From positions 69,192,001 to 69,256,000 of the forward strand of contig OX597831.1 in the NCBI GenBank assembly GCA_951406725.2: 64,000 nucleotides of DNA. Reading direction: 5' to 3'. Positions 12,276-24,592 of the stretch are shown piece by piece. The notes beneath the pieces are model-generated. The model was not told where the DNA came from, searched no databases, and saw only the letters and a list, made by a program, of their open reading frames with translations. The first letter of the stretch is position 1. Every line of letters begins with the position of its first letter. The position numbers and the translations under genes were made by a program. Source of the DNA: Octopus vulgaris. Lineage: Eukaryota.

Positions 12276-12643
12276 CCCTTCAGAATAGATAAAATAAATA
12301 TCAATCAAATACTGAAACCAGTGTAACTCACAAGCCTCCTCCACTAAAATTTCAGGCTAAGTGCCTATAGTTGAAAAGATTAATATTATTATTAGAATTA
12401 TTTGGATTCATTCAGATTTGGTCTTATTCCTGGCAGAAGTTATGTAGGTAGCAGTTTACTACATGTAATCTTAGATATCCACAAGCTTTCAACAATCTTT
12501 CAAGTGCTCAAAACCCTTCTTATAATCTTCTCTGTTCTTAAGAAGCCAAATTTCTATACAAGCTCTACACGACCTCTACATGACATTTCATTCCAATCCT
12601 CTGCCATTTGTCTATATCATTACCCACAGTCCCCAATGCACCA

Positions 12644-15600
12644 GTTATTATTATTATTATTATTATTCTATGTTTGACTTTTGCTTTATGTCTGTACAAG
12701 TTGGCTCCAAGTCTCACCCAGAGACCTCAAGAGACAACAGGTTGGAAGTTCTGTGCCATATATTTGGGGGGTGGGGGGTTAGTGTTGTGCTAGTAAATGT
12801 CTAATACATAAAAAAAAAAATTTTGTTTTAAACCTTGGGATTACATAGAGAGTATTTTGCGTAGGATATGAGCAGTTCCCTTGAGCACCATCTTTTGAAT
12901 TTCTGCCATTTTGGGGTTTCCTGGTATCTGAGTTAGGTAGCAATCAGTCCCTTTCGCTATCATTCCCAGGGCACCTATGACAACAGATATTGTTTTAGTC
13001 TTCAGCTTCCACATTTTGCTGATTTCTATTTCAAGATCTTTATATTTGCTCAGTTTTTGGTAGGTCTTGACAGATACATTTATATCGATTGGGACAGTCA
13101 TATCAATGAGGAGGCATGTTCTTTGTCTGAAGTCTTTCAATATGATGTCTGGCCTATTTGCATCTATCTTCCTGTCAGTTTGAATGGTGAAGTTCCAGAG
13201 GAGTGAGATGTGGTCATTTTCTAGCACTGGAGGTGGATTGTGTTCCCACCAGTTTTTTTCATGGGGCAAATCCAGGTTTTTGCAAATTACCCAGTGAATA
13301 TATTGTGCAGTTCCATCATGCCTATTGAGGTACTCTGTAGGCGCTAGAAGACTGCATTTGGAGACAACATGATCAATGGTTTCATTTTGTTGTTGACATA
13401 CACAACATGTTGGGCTGTTGCCGTTCTTTAATATGTTGGCCTGGTAGTTTCTTGTTGGTAGGCATTGATCTTGAGCTGCTATGATAAACCCCTCTGTTTC
13501 AGATTTTAAGCCAGAGGCCATTAGCCATTGATGGGTCAGGGCTTTGTCGATATCTGCATTATTCACTCTCTTTGGGTATTTGCCATAGAGAGGTTTTTCT
13601 TGCCATTTATTATTCAGAATATCTAAGGCTGCAGTTTTGGCACAGGTTTTCATGCGCCTAGCTTTTTCTGTGCTTGTTTCTTGTATGTCTATCTCTAATT
13701 CCGAAATTGGTTGTATTCGAAATTCACTTAGATATTCCTTTGCCTGTTTTGTGACTGAGTATGATGCTTTCTTGTTTTCATGTTTTGAGACAAGTTTTAA
13801 CATCCAGTCCTCAGAGTTTTTCAGGTAGGTGTCTAGGCCAATTGTAACAATCTTCATTGTTATTGCCAGTTGCAAAAGACCACGGCCTCCCTCTTTTCTT
13901 GGCAGATAGAGTCGTTCTGTATCTGCCTTAGGGTGGTGCATTCTATGCATTGTCAATAGTTTCCTTATTTTTCTGTCGAGCTGACATATTTCAGTAATTG
14001 ACCAGTTAACAATATTGAAACTGTAAGTCACGACTGGTATGGCTAATGCATTGATCGCTTCGATCCTGTTTCTTGCATTCAGCTCTGTCTTGAGTATTGC
14101 TCTCACTCTTCGATAGCATTCTCTCCTGATCCTTTCCTTCATCTCTGAATGCCTTATTCCGTTCCCTTCAATTACCCCTAGGTACTTGTAGCTCTCCGCT
14201 GGGTCTAGTTCTTTTATGACATTCTGCTGATCAAGGTTAACGTTAGATGTTTCTGTCATTTTTCCTTTGATAAAGGTAGCTTTTGCACATTTATTGAGGC
14301 CGAATTGCATTCTGATGTCGTCACTGAATTGTTTGACTATCGCTAGTAAGCCCTTGAGTTGTTGGTCATTTTTTGCAAAAAGCTTTAAATCATCCATGTA
14401 AATAAGATGATTTATATTTTTATCAAACATTTTATACCCGTACTGCGCGTCATTGAGCAGCTTTGAGAGAGGTATTAAGGATAAACAAAAGAGGAGTGGT
14501 GACAGTGAGTCACCCTGGAAAATGCCACACGAAATTTTTACATCACCAGCATTTAGGGATTCATTGTCACTGTTCAGAGTTAGTGTGGTTCTCCATGATC
14601 TCATACTTACAGTCAAGAAGTTTCGCAGAGTAGGTTCTATTTTATACATTTCCAGGCATTTCCTAATCCAGCTATGTGGTAGGCTATCAAAAGCCTTTTT
14701 ATAGTCTATCCAGGCTATTGATAAGTTTTTGTGTCGTTTGTGACAATCTTCTAAGATCATCTTATTGATGAGTAGTTGGTCTTTACAGCCGTAGGATCCA
14801 CGTTTACATCCTTTCAGTTCATTAGGGAATATGCTGCTGTCTGTTAAAAAACTATAGGTATATTCCGTCAGGACAGATGTTAGTGTTTTGTACATAGTTG
14901 TTAAGCAGGTTATGGGTCTATAGTTTTTTGGTTCATTTGTTTCTTCACTTTTTGGAAGCAGGAATGTTAACCCATTAACTAGCCAAGGAGGCATCCTACT
15001 AGGGTATTGCAAAACATCATTGTACAGTTCTGTTAGCAGTTCATGGCTCTCTGGGAAGGCATTCAGCCAGAAGTTAGGAATTTTATCCTTTCCTGGAGGC
15101 TTCCATTTGCTTGACCTCCTGAGAGCAGATCTTATATCTTCTACCTTGACACCCTCCCACTTTTGCTCTTCTAAGGGGTCCAGTTCTGTAGATAATCCAG
15201 GGGGCCTTTTCGTTGTGTGTTTTTTCTTCTGCCCATATTTTATTCCAAAATCCCTGCACTTCTTCTTTTGATGGTACAGACCTTGCAGTAAACGCTGTTT
15301 TTCCTATCTTCCTGTAAAAATTTTTGATGTTATTTTTGAACATGTTGTCCTTGAAAAATCTAACACGCTTTTCATACCTCGCTATGCGGGCAGCTTTGAC
15401 AGATACCTTTTGTTTGATGGTTTCTATGGTGGCATCAATATCAAGTATAGTTTTCATATTGTATTTTTTCAGTAATTTTTGGGTTTTTGTAGGTTTGGTA
15501 GTCTTGTGAGCCTTAAGGTTTTTCAAATATTCAATGTCAGATCTAAATATTTTAATTTGTTGTTGCAGACGCTCTTGCCAAGAAGGCTTTTTGTGGGAAT

Positions 15601-16690
15601 GTTGCTGTTTTCTAATCTTTACACCACATAGGATCGTTGAGATTTTCGCGGATGCATAGTATAGGTGGTTGAGGTTTGTGATATCAACATCATTAGCTGA
15701 AATTATATCCTTAAGTGCAAGCCGGATTTTACCAATTATTTTCATGTTTTGGTTAGAGTTGCGGATTTTAGGAATTGTATCACGTTCATCTATGCTGGTT
15801 TCTTTAATTTTCAGCCATTCAATCATGATTTGATTTTTTAGCTCATGTAGTTCTGTTGGGTCAATATTTGTGTGACTTTCTTTATCTATTTGATGCTCAT
15901 CTGTCTTAGTGTTTATGATTGGTTCAGGGAGTATTTCACTTTGCCTATCACTTATACTAACTCTTTCAATCCTCACTTCGTTTTTATCAGCCCTGGGCTG
16001 GTCTATAATTATTTCCTCTGTATTATCTTCTCTAGCTGCAGCTTCGTTCATTTTATCCGATATTGCTTGTCTAACTTGATCAATCTCTACTTCAGTCAGT
16101 AATTTCTTTTTTATAATGTTTCTTCTGACGTTGGCAAGTTTGTTACTGTCTATGTAGGGTCTTACTTTAGGGTGTTTCTGTCTCCAGTTTAAGTATGCTT
16201 GTACAGTGTTAGATTTATCTGTGGGGAAATATATGGCATGGTAGAAGGCCTCAAGAACTTCTTTATTATCTTCCTAGACCATTTTTCCTTCTTTTTCTTT
16301 TGATTATTTGGTGATGAGCATGGATGGCCATCTGTTGGAATATTCCGGTTGTGGGGTACGTCCAGCTCTTGTGTGTTGGGAAGATTTGATCCAGTAGCTG
16401 ATTTTTAAATCAGAATTTGGTTCAATTTTCGGGTACGTGGTCTTTTGTAATCCGCGCAACGACCAATGCAGTTTATTGTTTGATTTGTTGACCTTGAAGC
16501 ATGACGAGCTTCCATTCTTATATTAGGAGATGGATCTGTCAGTTTAGGGTTCACTACATGTAAGCATTGCTCATAGCGCCGCTTCTTAAGACTAGCAGAT
16601 CTATATTCGTCTGTATTTTTTTTGTTGATAGTTTTATCTCCGAACATTTTTTTTCTCCTCTTCCTTTCTTCAAGGCTCACTCTGCCTGTA
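12644..16690 (-). mobile_element. Near full-length R4/Dong-clade non-LTR retrotransposon (RT + RLE endonuclease)
   Basis: N-terminal KKWSxEDNKEVLEAFYHA-like segment (~16050-16290), coiled region (ORF 15083-16051), RT/RLE ORF, 3'UTR and (TAA)n tail at 12644-12667. Apparent frameshifts near 15190 and 16280. Confidence 0.92.
12841..15012 (-). CDS. Reverse transcriptase + CCHC zinc knuckle + restriction-like endonuclease (frame open upstream to ~15190)
   Basis: NYRPITCL, WIDYKKAFDS, GIFQGDSLSP, YMDD, YKYLG, CxxC-x8-H-x4-C, RHD, RPD...DMTVP...KLSKYKDL. Upstream in-frame WKPPGKDKIPNFWL. Confidence 0.92.
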   Translation of the reverse strand: MQYPSRMPPWLVNGLTFLLPKSEETNEPKNYRPITCLTTMYKTLTSVLTEYTYSFLTDSSIFPNELKGCKRGSYGCKDQLLINKMILEDCHKRHKNLSIAWIDYKKAFDSLPHSWIRKCLEMYKIEPTLRNFLTVSMRSWRTTLTLNSDNESLNAGDVKISCGIFQGDSLSPLLFCLSLIPLSKLLNDAQYGYKMFDKNINHLIYMDDLKLFAKNDQQLKGLLAIVKQFSDDIRMQFGLNKCAKATFIKGKMTETSNVNLDQQNVIKELDPAESYKYLGVIEGNGIRHSEMKERIRRECYRRVRAILKTELNARNRIEAINALAIPVVTYSFNIVNWSITEICQLDRKIRKLLTMHRMHHPKADTERLYLPRKEGGRGLLQLAITMKIVTIGLDTYLKNSEDWMLKLVSKHENKKASYSVTKQAKEYLSEFRIQPISELEIDIQETSTEKARRMKTCAKTAALDILNNKWQEKPLYGKYPKRVNNADIDKALTHQWLMASGLKSETEGFIIAAQDQCLPTRNYQANILKNGNSPTCCVCQQQNETIDHVVSKCSLLAPTEYLNRHDGTAQYIHWVICKNLDLPHEKNWWEHNPPPVLENDHISLLWNFTIQTDRKIDANRPDIILKDFRQRTCLLIDMTVPIDINVSVKTYQKLSKYKDLEIEISKMWKLKTKTISVVIGALGMIAKGTDCYLTQIPGNPKMAEIQKMVLKGTAHILRKILSM

Positions 16691-16761
16691 TTAGTTCGAA
16701 ATAATGAGAATAAAATACGGAGAAGGAAAAGAAAAAAAGGGAAAAAGACGGGATCTATCAG

Positions 16762-16852
16762 TTATTATTGTTATTACTATCACCTTCACCACCATCACCA
16801 TTATCAGCAACATCACCATCACCATCAACATCACCATCACCATCATCAATGA
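16762..16852. repeat. (TTA)/(CAC/CAT)n trinucleotide low-complexity tract
   Basis: Visible directly in the sequence. Confidence 0.8.
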
Positions 16853-17450
16853 CATTGTTTTATGTGTATCCACAGCCACTATCAACACTCCTACTGTCAT
16901 TGTGTGGGAGAATGGTTGGTTAAAGAATTCATGTTCTTTGGGTCTATAAATAGAATGGTGTAGACAAAGGACGTTAATGGTCAGTAAAAGGTCAAGCCTG
17001 TTTACATTTATTTATTTTATTTTATTTATTTATTTATTTTTTTCTTTCTCTTTTCTTCCTCTCCACAAACATATGTATATGTATATGTATACTCACTCAC
17101 ACATATTATCTGATGTTTACGTCGATGATTTTTTTTTAATAAAAAACTTTCTGAGTTCAATGTTATGTATATATTTTTTAAATTTCTGAATTTAGTTGTA
17201 TGTATATATTAGTAGGTGCTTAATTCCATAACTTTTATCGTGCATTTAATTGTGTTGTTACAATAAAAGGTAATTTAAAAGGCAATTTTACACATTCTTA
17301 TAGTCATGAGAGACGACTAAATGTAAATGTTCACACAGAATTGGAGATATTTATGTTTCTAATTTTTCTTGTTATTATTATTATTATTATTATTATGTTT
17401 CTAATTTTTCTTGTTATTATTATTATTATTATTATTATTTGTTTGGATTT

Positions 17451-17832
17451 CTAAGTATCAACAGCAATATTATCGTATTTGTTCCAAATTTTTTGATATA
17501 GAATAATAGGAAAAAGATCCTTCTCAAGTTTCCTAGTTTTTGCGATGCATGTATTTTTTTCTCCTGGACAGGAAACTCACCCACCACAACATTACTCAGA
17601 TTTGTCTGCTGACTGGATTGGAGCAACATGAAATGAAATGTTTTTCTCAAGAACCCAATGCATCACCCAGTTCAGGAATTGAAACCACAATCTTATTATC
17701 ATGATTCCAACACCCTAACCACTAAACCATACTCCTCCACAATTTTTTTAATATAACAAGGTATGAGCTCGTAAAGTATACTAGCCATCTCAATATGGCT
17801 AACCACTAAGGGTGGGTGTTACTGTAGCTTTT
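17451..17832 (-). repeat. Inverted mosaic copy of 9173-9492 joined to a piece matching 10520-10581
   Basis: Reverse-complement similarity includes the non-SINE flanks on both sides of the SINE. Confidence 0.8.
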
Positions 17833-17884
17833 AAACACGAAATCCAAACATGTAATAATAATAATAATAATAATAACTGATGCA

Positions 17885-18170
17885 TTAGGGACCTCAAGAG
17901 ACAAGTTAGAAGTTCAAGTCTGTATTATGTCTACGGTGGTTGATAACTGCCATGTTTTAGACTTTGTACAAAGAATATATCAAGAGAATGCTTGTCAAAA
18001 CTTAAGAAAATTAAAAGTTTTTTGAAAATAGTTTGCTGATAAGTTAACAGCGCGATTTTAAGTCGACAGTAAAAGTACAGTACTTTAGATATGTTCAGAG
18101 ATTAAAATGTTTTGGAATTACATCGTATTTTACATGGATAGGAGCAGTTCCCATGAGTACAATTTTTTTA
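17885..18170 (-). mobile_element. Old R4/Dong 3' end fragment
   Basis: KIVLMGTA...SM* and GACCTCAAGAGACAA shared with the 3' end of the 12.6-16.7 kb element. Confidence 0.6.
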
Positions 18171-18234
18171 TTATCATTATTATTATTATCATTATTATTA
18201 TTATTATCATTGTTGTTGTTGTTGTTGTTATTAT

Positions 18235-19460
18235 TGTGGCTTAGTGGTTGGGGTGTTATAGTCATAATCTAGCGATTGTGATTTCAGTTCCTAGACTGGG
18301 TGGTGTGTTGTGTTCTTGAGCAAAATACTTCATTTTATGTTGCCCTGTGATCCCTTCAACACCTGATGTGTGACGCAAACATTTGATCACTATAAACGAA
18401 TCCTTTGTGCAGGCTGTTTGGCAAAAGCTGAACACTCATACATTGTCTTCGATGGGAGAGTCCATCATTATCATTTATAGGTACAGGCATGGGTGTGTGG
18501 TAAAATATTTGCTTCCCAGCCACATGGTTCTGGGTTCAGTCTCACTGAGTGGCAAGTGTGGAAAGTTTGGCAAGTGTCTTCTTCCATAGTCCAAGACCAA
18601 TGAAAGCCTTGTGTGTGGATTTGGTTGATGGATACTAAAAAAAGTTTGTTGTATACAAACACACGCACACACACACACACACACACACACTGACACACAC
18701 ACACACACAAATGGGGCTGTGCATCTGTGTCTCTGTGTTTGTCCCCCACCAGCTTGTGACAACCAGTGCTGGTTTGTTTATGTCCCCTTAAATTATGGCT
18801 CATTTAAAGAGACTGAATGAATATGTACCAGGCTTAAAAGATAAAAAAATTAGTAGAGTTAATCCTTTCAACTAAAACTCTTCTATCTGGTGCCCCAGCA
18901 TGTCTGGCTGCAGTCCCATGATTAAAGTAAGTAAAAAGTAGCAGAATTGTTAGCACATCGGACAAAATGCTTTGCACAATTTCTTCTGGTTCTTTGCAGT
19001 CTGAGTTCAAATGCCACTGGGCTCAACTTTACTTTTCATTCATTCAGAATTGGTAAAAAAAGTCGCATCAAATACTGAAAGGAAAGTGGAGTGTCAATGC
19101 TGGCCTCGTGCCAAAATTTGAAATTATTATCATTAAGGTGGTGAATGAAGGCAGCAAGCTTAGCAGCATTTTCTTCGTTTTTATGTTCTAGGTTCAAATT
19201 CCACTGCAGTCAACTTTGCCTTTCATTCTTTTGAGGTCAATAAATTAAGTACCAGTTGAACACTAGGGTTAATATATAATAGACTAGTCCCCTCCTTAAA
19301 ATTTCAGCTCTTGTGCCTATAGGAGAAAGGATTATTAAGGTGATGAGTGGCAGAATGGTTAGTACCTCAGAAAAAAATGCTTAGTGATATTTATTCTGGT
19401 TCTCAGTTCAAATTCTGAGTTCAAATACTAATAAGGTCAACTTTGCTTTTATTCTTTTAT
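18235..19460 (+). mobile_element. Stack of degraded SINEs (old tRNA SINE, family A at 18478-18938, several family B pieces)
   Basis: Repeated GAGTTCAAAT...GTCAACTTTGCCTTTCAT motifs plus a family A body. Confidence 0.7.
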
Positions 19461-19489
19461 GGGTTTGAGAAAATTAAATTTTCTCTACG

Positions 19490-19850
19490 TAGTAAATTTT
19501 CCTTCCTTACTTGCATAAATAGTGCTTTCTTTGCATTCTTTATGTACCAAGTAATTTTGTTTTCCTCTGACTGAATACAATTCTCACAACTTAATCTCTG
19601 CCTTTCTTTCTTTCTTGACAGGCTACACCTGTCAACATCACTTTTCAGGTTGAAGGCACTGGATATTATCCAAAAATTGCATTTCCTCTCTTTGTCATCT
19701 AGATTATGAATTTTTCCTCTTTTGGCACACTTTTGGCAGTATTTCATTTGTGAACCAAAACCTAGTCACTGCATTACATTGTTACCTTCTTTCCATTGAT
19801 AAAACATTCTTATTGACTTTAACATTATCTGTCTTAACTTTATATGTCAG
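19490..19850 (-). mobile_element. Decayed R4/Dong fragment
   Basis: KSDVDRCSLSRKKERQRLSCEN resembles KADxxRLYLPRKEGGRGL. Confidence 0.55.
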
Positions 19851-19944
19851 CAATTGTTATATTTTAAATAAATCATTACAATAAAACAATTGAGATTATT
19901 CCAGTAATAACTGACATGTTCCTTTTATACAGAAGACTATTTAA

Positions 19945-20165
19945 CCCTTTCATTACCAACCCGGCTGAAATCAGCTCTGGCTCTGAGGTACAAATGTCTT
20001 GTTTTCATAAGTTTTAAATTAAAATCTTCCCCCAAACCTTAGTCACAATTTTTGTTCCTAAGACTAGCTGAAAGATAACTAAGTTATTTTACTAAATTCT
20101 TTGTTATACTTAAAGTAATTCAAAGAAACACAGAGCATCTCAAAATAAATACAGTAACAAAAGGG
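19945..20165. mobile_element. piggyBac-type MITE (family E), copy 1
   Basis: TTAA|CCCTTTCATTAC...GTAACAAAAGGG|TTAA. Confidence 0.8.
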
Positions 20166-20198
20166 TTAAAATATATATAATAGAGATACAATTCTTAA

Positions 20199-20419
20199 CC
20201 TTTTTGATACCAGCCTAGCAGAAACCACTTCTGGCTCTGAGGTACAAATGTCTTGTTTTCATAAGTTTTGAATTAAAATCTTCCACCAAACCTTAGTCCC
20301 AGTTTATGTTCCTAAGACTAGCTGAAAGATAACTAAGTTATTTTACTAAATTCTTTGTTATATTTAAAGTAATTCAAAGAAACACAGAGCATCTCAACAG
20401 AAATACAGTAACAAAAGGG
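20199..20419. mobile_element. piggyBac-type MITE (family E), copy 2
   Basis: TTAA-flanked and homologous to copy 1. Confidence 0.8.
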
Positions 20420-21429
20420 TTAATATGGTGAGAGTTCTGGTAACTCGTTTGTCATAAATCCTTAAATCAAGAGGAATTTGAATTAACAAGATTTCTGCTA
20501 TATGCAGAAAATCGCTATATTTACTTTGAAAGAGCGTACAGTGTTGCTTTTATAAAAACAGGCAAGATACTAATAGCTCTGCATCTTATTTGAGTTAGAA
20601 TTTACAAAATGTAGCAAATATATTCTGTAATATTGATTTCTTTGAACTCCAATGAACAACCTGAACATTTCCTTAGATGTAGCTCATATTTTCTGTTAAC
20701 CATATTCTCTAATTGGTGCAAAATTGAATAAAAGAAACACGATTCTTTAATATTCCTTTACGAGCTTCATTCACTGGATTGCAGCCACGCTGAGGCTCCT
20801 TCAGTATTTTTTTAGCCAATCATGGCAAATCCAGAATTTATTTTAGCAATCACTCACCATTTTTGTTTTAACCCACTGTACTGAAGCAATCAAATAATGC
20901 ATGAATTAAACATGGACACACACACACGCATGCACATGTGGTTAACTGAGTGGGTATTGTTTTGTTTTTTTTTACACAAGAGAGGGAGAGAACATTCATT
21001 CCAAACTGGAGTTGTGTTTTCAAAAAAAAAAAAAAGAAAAAAAAAAAGAAAAATGTAAATGGTGATTGCATTTGTCTGTTCTCCAAAGCAGAAACCTTCT
21101 TGAGTGAGATTATCTGATAACTCAATAAACATGCAACTCAATATGCATTCATGGAACCTTTTCTTTATGAATATGATTTTAATCTCGTTTTAACATTTGT
21201 AACCATTCTTTTAGTAATTGCATTTGATTCAAGATAATACAGAAATGTTTACATAGATTTTATCTGGTCCTATTGAGCCATGTACAGATTTTATCAATAT
21301 CCATTCTTTAATTGGTTGTGGAACAATTGTTATTAGCATTAAATTCACAGGTATTGTCAGATATTAATATTTCTGGAACACTATCATCAATAGTACTCGC
21401 CTAAATACAATTCACATCCTACTTGCACT

Positions 21430-21835
21430 TATGCCTGTGCTAGTAGGGTGCCAAGAACACCATCCGAGCATGATCGTTGTGATTGTTGCCAGAGCAGCCA
21501 ACTGGTTTCCGTACCCGTGGCACATAAAAGGGCACCATTTGAGCATGATTGTTACCAACGTCGCTTCACTGGCACCTGTGTCGGTGGCACGTGTAAAAAG
21601 ATTCGAGCGAGGTCATTGCCAGTACCACCTGACTGGCCCCCATGCAGGTGGCACGTAAAAAGCACCCACTACACTCTCGGAGTGGTTGGCATTAGGAAGG
21701 GCATCCAGCTGTAGAAACATTGCCAGATCAAGGCTGGAGCCTGGTGCAGCCATCTGGTTGCCAGCCCTCAGTCAAAACCGTCCAACCCATGCTAGCATGG
21801 AAAACGGACGTTAAATGATGATGATGATGATGATC
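21430..21835 (+). mobile_element. RTE family 1 3'UTR (array variant) inserted in the Gypsy integrase
   Basis: Same terminal ~170 bp and (GAT)n tail as 1920-2079; array units match 42510-42800. Confidence 0.85.
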
Positions 21836-22204
21836 CTAACAGTAATCTGACCACAGTGATTCTAACACTCTAGTTAGTATTGAACCACAATATACATAAT
21901 CATGCTCAGTTTTTATCATCAGTGTTCTGTAACTTTTTGGTGGAACAGTTGTCCTTTAACTAATAGGACATCTTCAACCATTGATTTATTTTTAATTTCT
22001 GAAATGGCTTTTCAACAACAGAACAACTGACCCAATTCGAACTGAATTATCCTTATCGATATACTGGATAAAATATTATCATTGCCAGTCTTTATATTTT
22101 TACATTATAGAACATCAATTTCTACAAGTTGGATAAAACATCATTGTCATCATGATGTTCATCTAAGTAGATACTGGTAATTAAGTTTATGTTTATGTAT
22201 TTGT

Positions 22205-22450
22205 TTTGCAAGATTCCTGGTGTGAAATTCGTGTGTTGAAATAGATATTGTTACATTTTGGAATGGTCATTTTTTTTTTTTACCAAATAAACACATGCAC
22301 TATATAGTTGTTCTTCACTTCAGATTTATTATCATTCTTGTTTTATGTCCTTTGTCTGGAAATCTTTCATTGCACATCCTGTGACCTCTTCAGCAACCCT
22401 CCATCCCATGTGTCTCCTCCTGTTCTCTTTAGCCTATTCTGTCTCTGCAT
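22205..22450 (+). repeat. Unclassified dispersed repeat (second copy ~32030-32275)
   Basis: Shared AAGATTCCTG...GTGTGTTGAAA...CCAAATAAACACA...CCTGTGACCTC blocks. Confidence 0.6.
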
Positions 22451-23807
22451 GGTATGTATCCTTATCTGTGTATGCATTTGTATTAATTAAATTCCAATTG
22501 CAAAAATGTATTATTCCCTTTATATACTTTATGACAGAATCAAATGCAGTCATTTGTAAGACCCATCACAAAATATGTGCTGATGTTATTTTCAGTAAAT
22601 AATAATTTCTGCTAAAAATAATTCTAGTAACCTATTGATCTGCGGCCAGTTTAGATTTTCTGTGAAGCAGTGCTTCCCTTTCAGATCAGAAAACTTTGTT
22701 TCAGCTGCAAATGTAGTTTAGGTAGGCTATTTTAATACTGACATAAATTTTCACTTGCCTTAGTTCTTAATGTAATATTTTTTGAAGCATCATAAATCTT
22801 GACTACTGTCTTGTTACTAACCAGTTTTATACACACAAATGCCTTTTGTAATTGGACTTCCCATGAAAACGGGACACCACATTTACAAAGTTTTGCAAGT
22901 GGCAAATATTTCATTTGAATATTGCTCACTATATCTCACATAAAAATTGACAAGTCCAAGAAAAGTTTCTGATGCACCCATAATTCACCCTACTAAATGA
23001 TGATCTGATGATATCTTCTTTGTCAGTCTATATCCTCCAAAAAGCAATTCCCAAATCTCCACCACAGGCTCTGCTCTATTAATTGCAGTACCTGATGCTT
23101 GATAAATCCAATTGTTTTATGATGCTGTTGTGTGAACTTTCAACAATGTTAGCACCAAATTTATTGATAATCTTGATAAATAATAATAATAATATCAATG
23201 CTGTTTCCTAGAACATCTACAACAGGTCCCTGGAACAGAGCTGATTGTTCCAATTTCATATGGAAAACATTCAATCTTAGAAGATTTATTGATGTATTTA
23301 TCATTACTTCTTTCCCTACTGAACACATTTCTAGTTGATGATATGCACCATTTAAATTTAGTTGAGAGAATATAATTCGTGCTAAAAAGTAAAAAACAAA
23401 AAAATATTGCTCCAGTATTGTTGAAGAAAAATCAGAACAAATTCCTTCTTTCATTATTCTAAAATCTCCATGTGCTTTCTGCACATCTTCCGATATCCAT
23501 TTACTCTTTCCAGACGTATACTATTTCCAAAGATAATAATTAAATAGTTTCCTTGGTTTTATTATGAATTGGTAATAATCTTGTCCCAGAAGAACATGGT
23601 TCAATGTTTACTTTAAGAAAAATTTTAGTTTTTAAACCTCTTAAAAACCACTTAATCTTTGAAATTGTCCTGAAACTTCAAGTTCATGAATTAATATTGA
23701 ACTATCATTATTCATCCCATTCTTATCAAACAAGTCATGATTGCTTTTTCTTCTTTGTTTTTTTACATTTAGATACACTAAAAATTTTTTTTATCAGTTT
23801 CCAGTAA

Positions 23808-24029
23808 CCCTTTTGATACCAACCTGGCCAAAACCGCCTCTGACTCTGTAGTACAAATGTCTTGTTTTCATAAGTATCGAATTAAAATCTTCCACCAAAC
23901 CTCAGTCACAATTTATGTTCCCAACACTAGCTTAATGATAACTAAGTTCTTTTACTAAATTCTTTGAAATATTTAAAATTAATTGAATGAAACACAGAGC
24001 ATCTCAAAATAAATACGGTAATGAAAGGG
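23808..24029. mobile_element. piggyBac-type MITE (family E), copy 3
   Basis: CCCTTTTGATACC...GGTAATGAAAGGG|TTAA. Confidence 0.8.
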
Positions 24030-24200
24030 TTAATGTTGCAAACATTATCGAAATTTCATTGAGTGGGCTATCAAATCGTATGGGTTTGGTGTCACCCATT
24101 TATTAACTTTACTTTATTCAATAATTATATCAAGAACTTGTGAGGCATTTCAGTTACCTGACTGCCAATGTCAATTTGTATCTCAAAATTAGTATTACTA

Positions 24201-24592
24201 TCTTTTACTTGTTTCAGTCATTTGACTGGGGCCATGCTGGAGCACCACCTTTAGTCGAGCAAATCGCCCCGGGACTTATTCTTTGTAAGCCCAGTACTTA
24301 TTCTATCGGTCTCTTTTTGCCGAACCGCTAAGTGACAGGGACGTAAACACACCAGCATCGGTTGTCAAGCAATGCTAGGGGGACAAATATAAACACACAT
24401 ACACACACATATATATATATACATATATACGACAGGCTTCTTTCAGTTTCCATCTACCAAATCCACTCACAAGGCATTGGTCGGCCCGGGGCTATAGCAG
24501 AAGACACTTGCCCAAGATGCCATGCAGTGGGACTGAACCTGGAACCATGTGGTTGGTTAGCAAGTTACTTATCACACAGCCACTCCTGCGCC
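24201..24592 (-). mobile_element. SINE family A, full length
   Basis: tRNA-like head, CTTGGGCAAG core, internal (TA)/(TG) tract and GACTGAAACAAGTAAAAGA tail. Confidence 0.9.

Noticed and set aside
16400-16760. 5' HDV-like ribozyme of the R4/Dong element
   Set aside because: No nested pseudoknot could be identified by eye, and the 5' end may be truncated.
16622-16949. Poly-His / poly-IT ORFs
   Set aside because: Translation of trinucleotide microsatellite.
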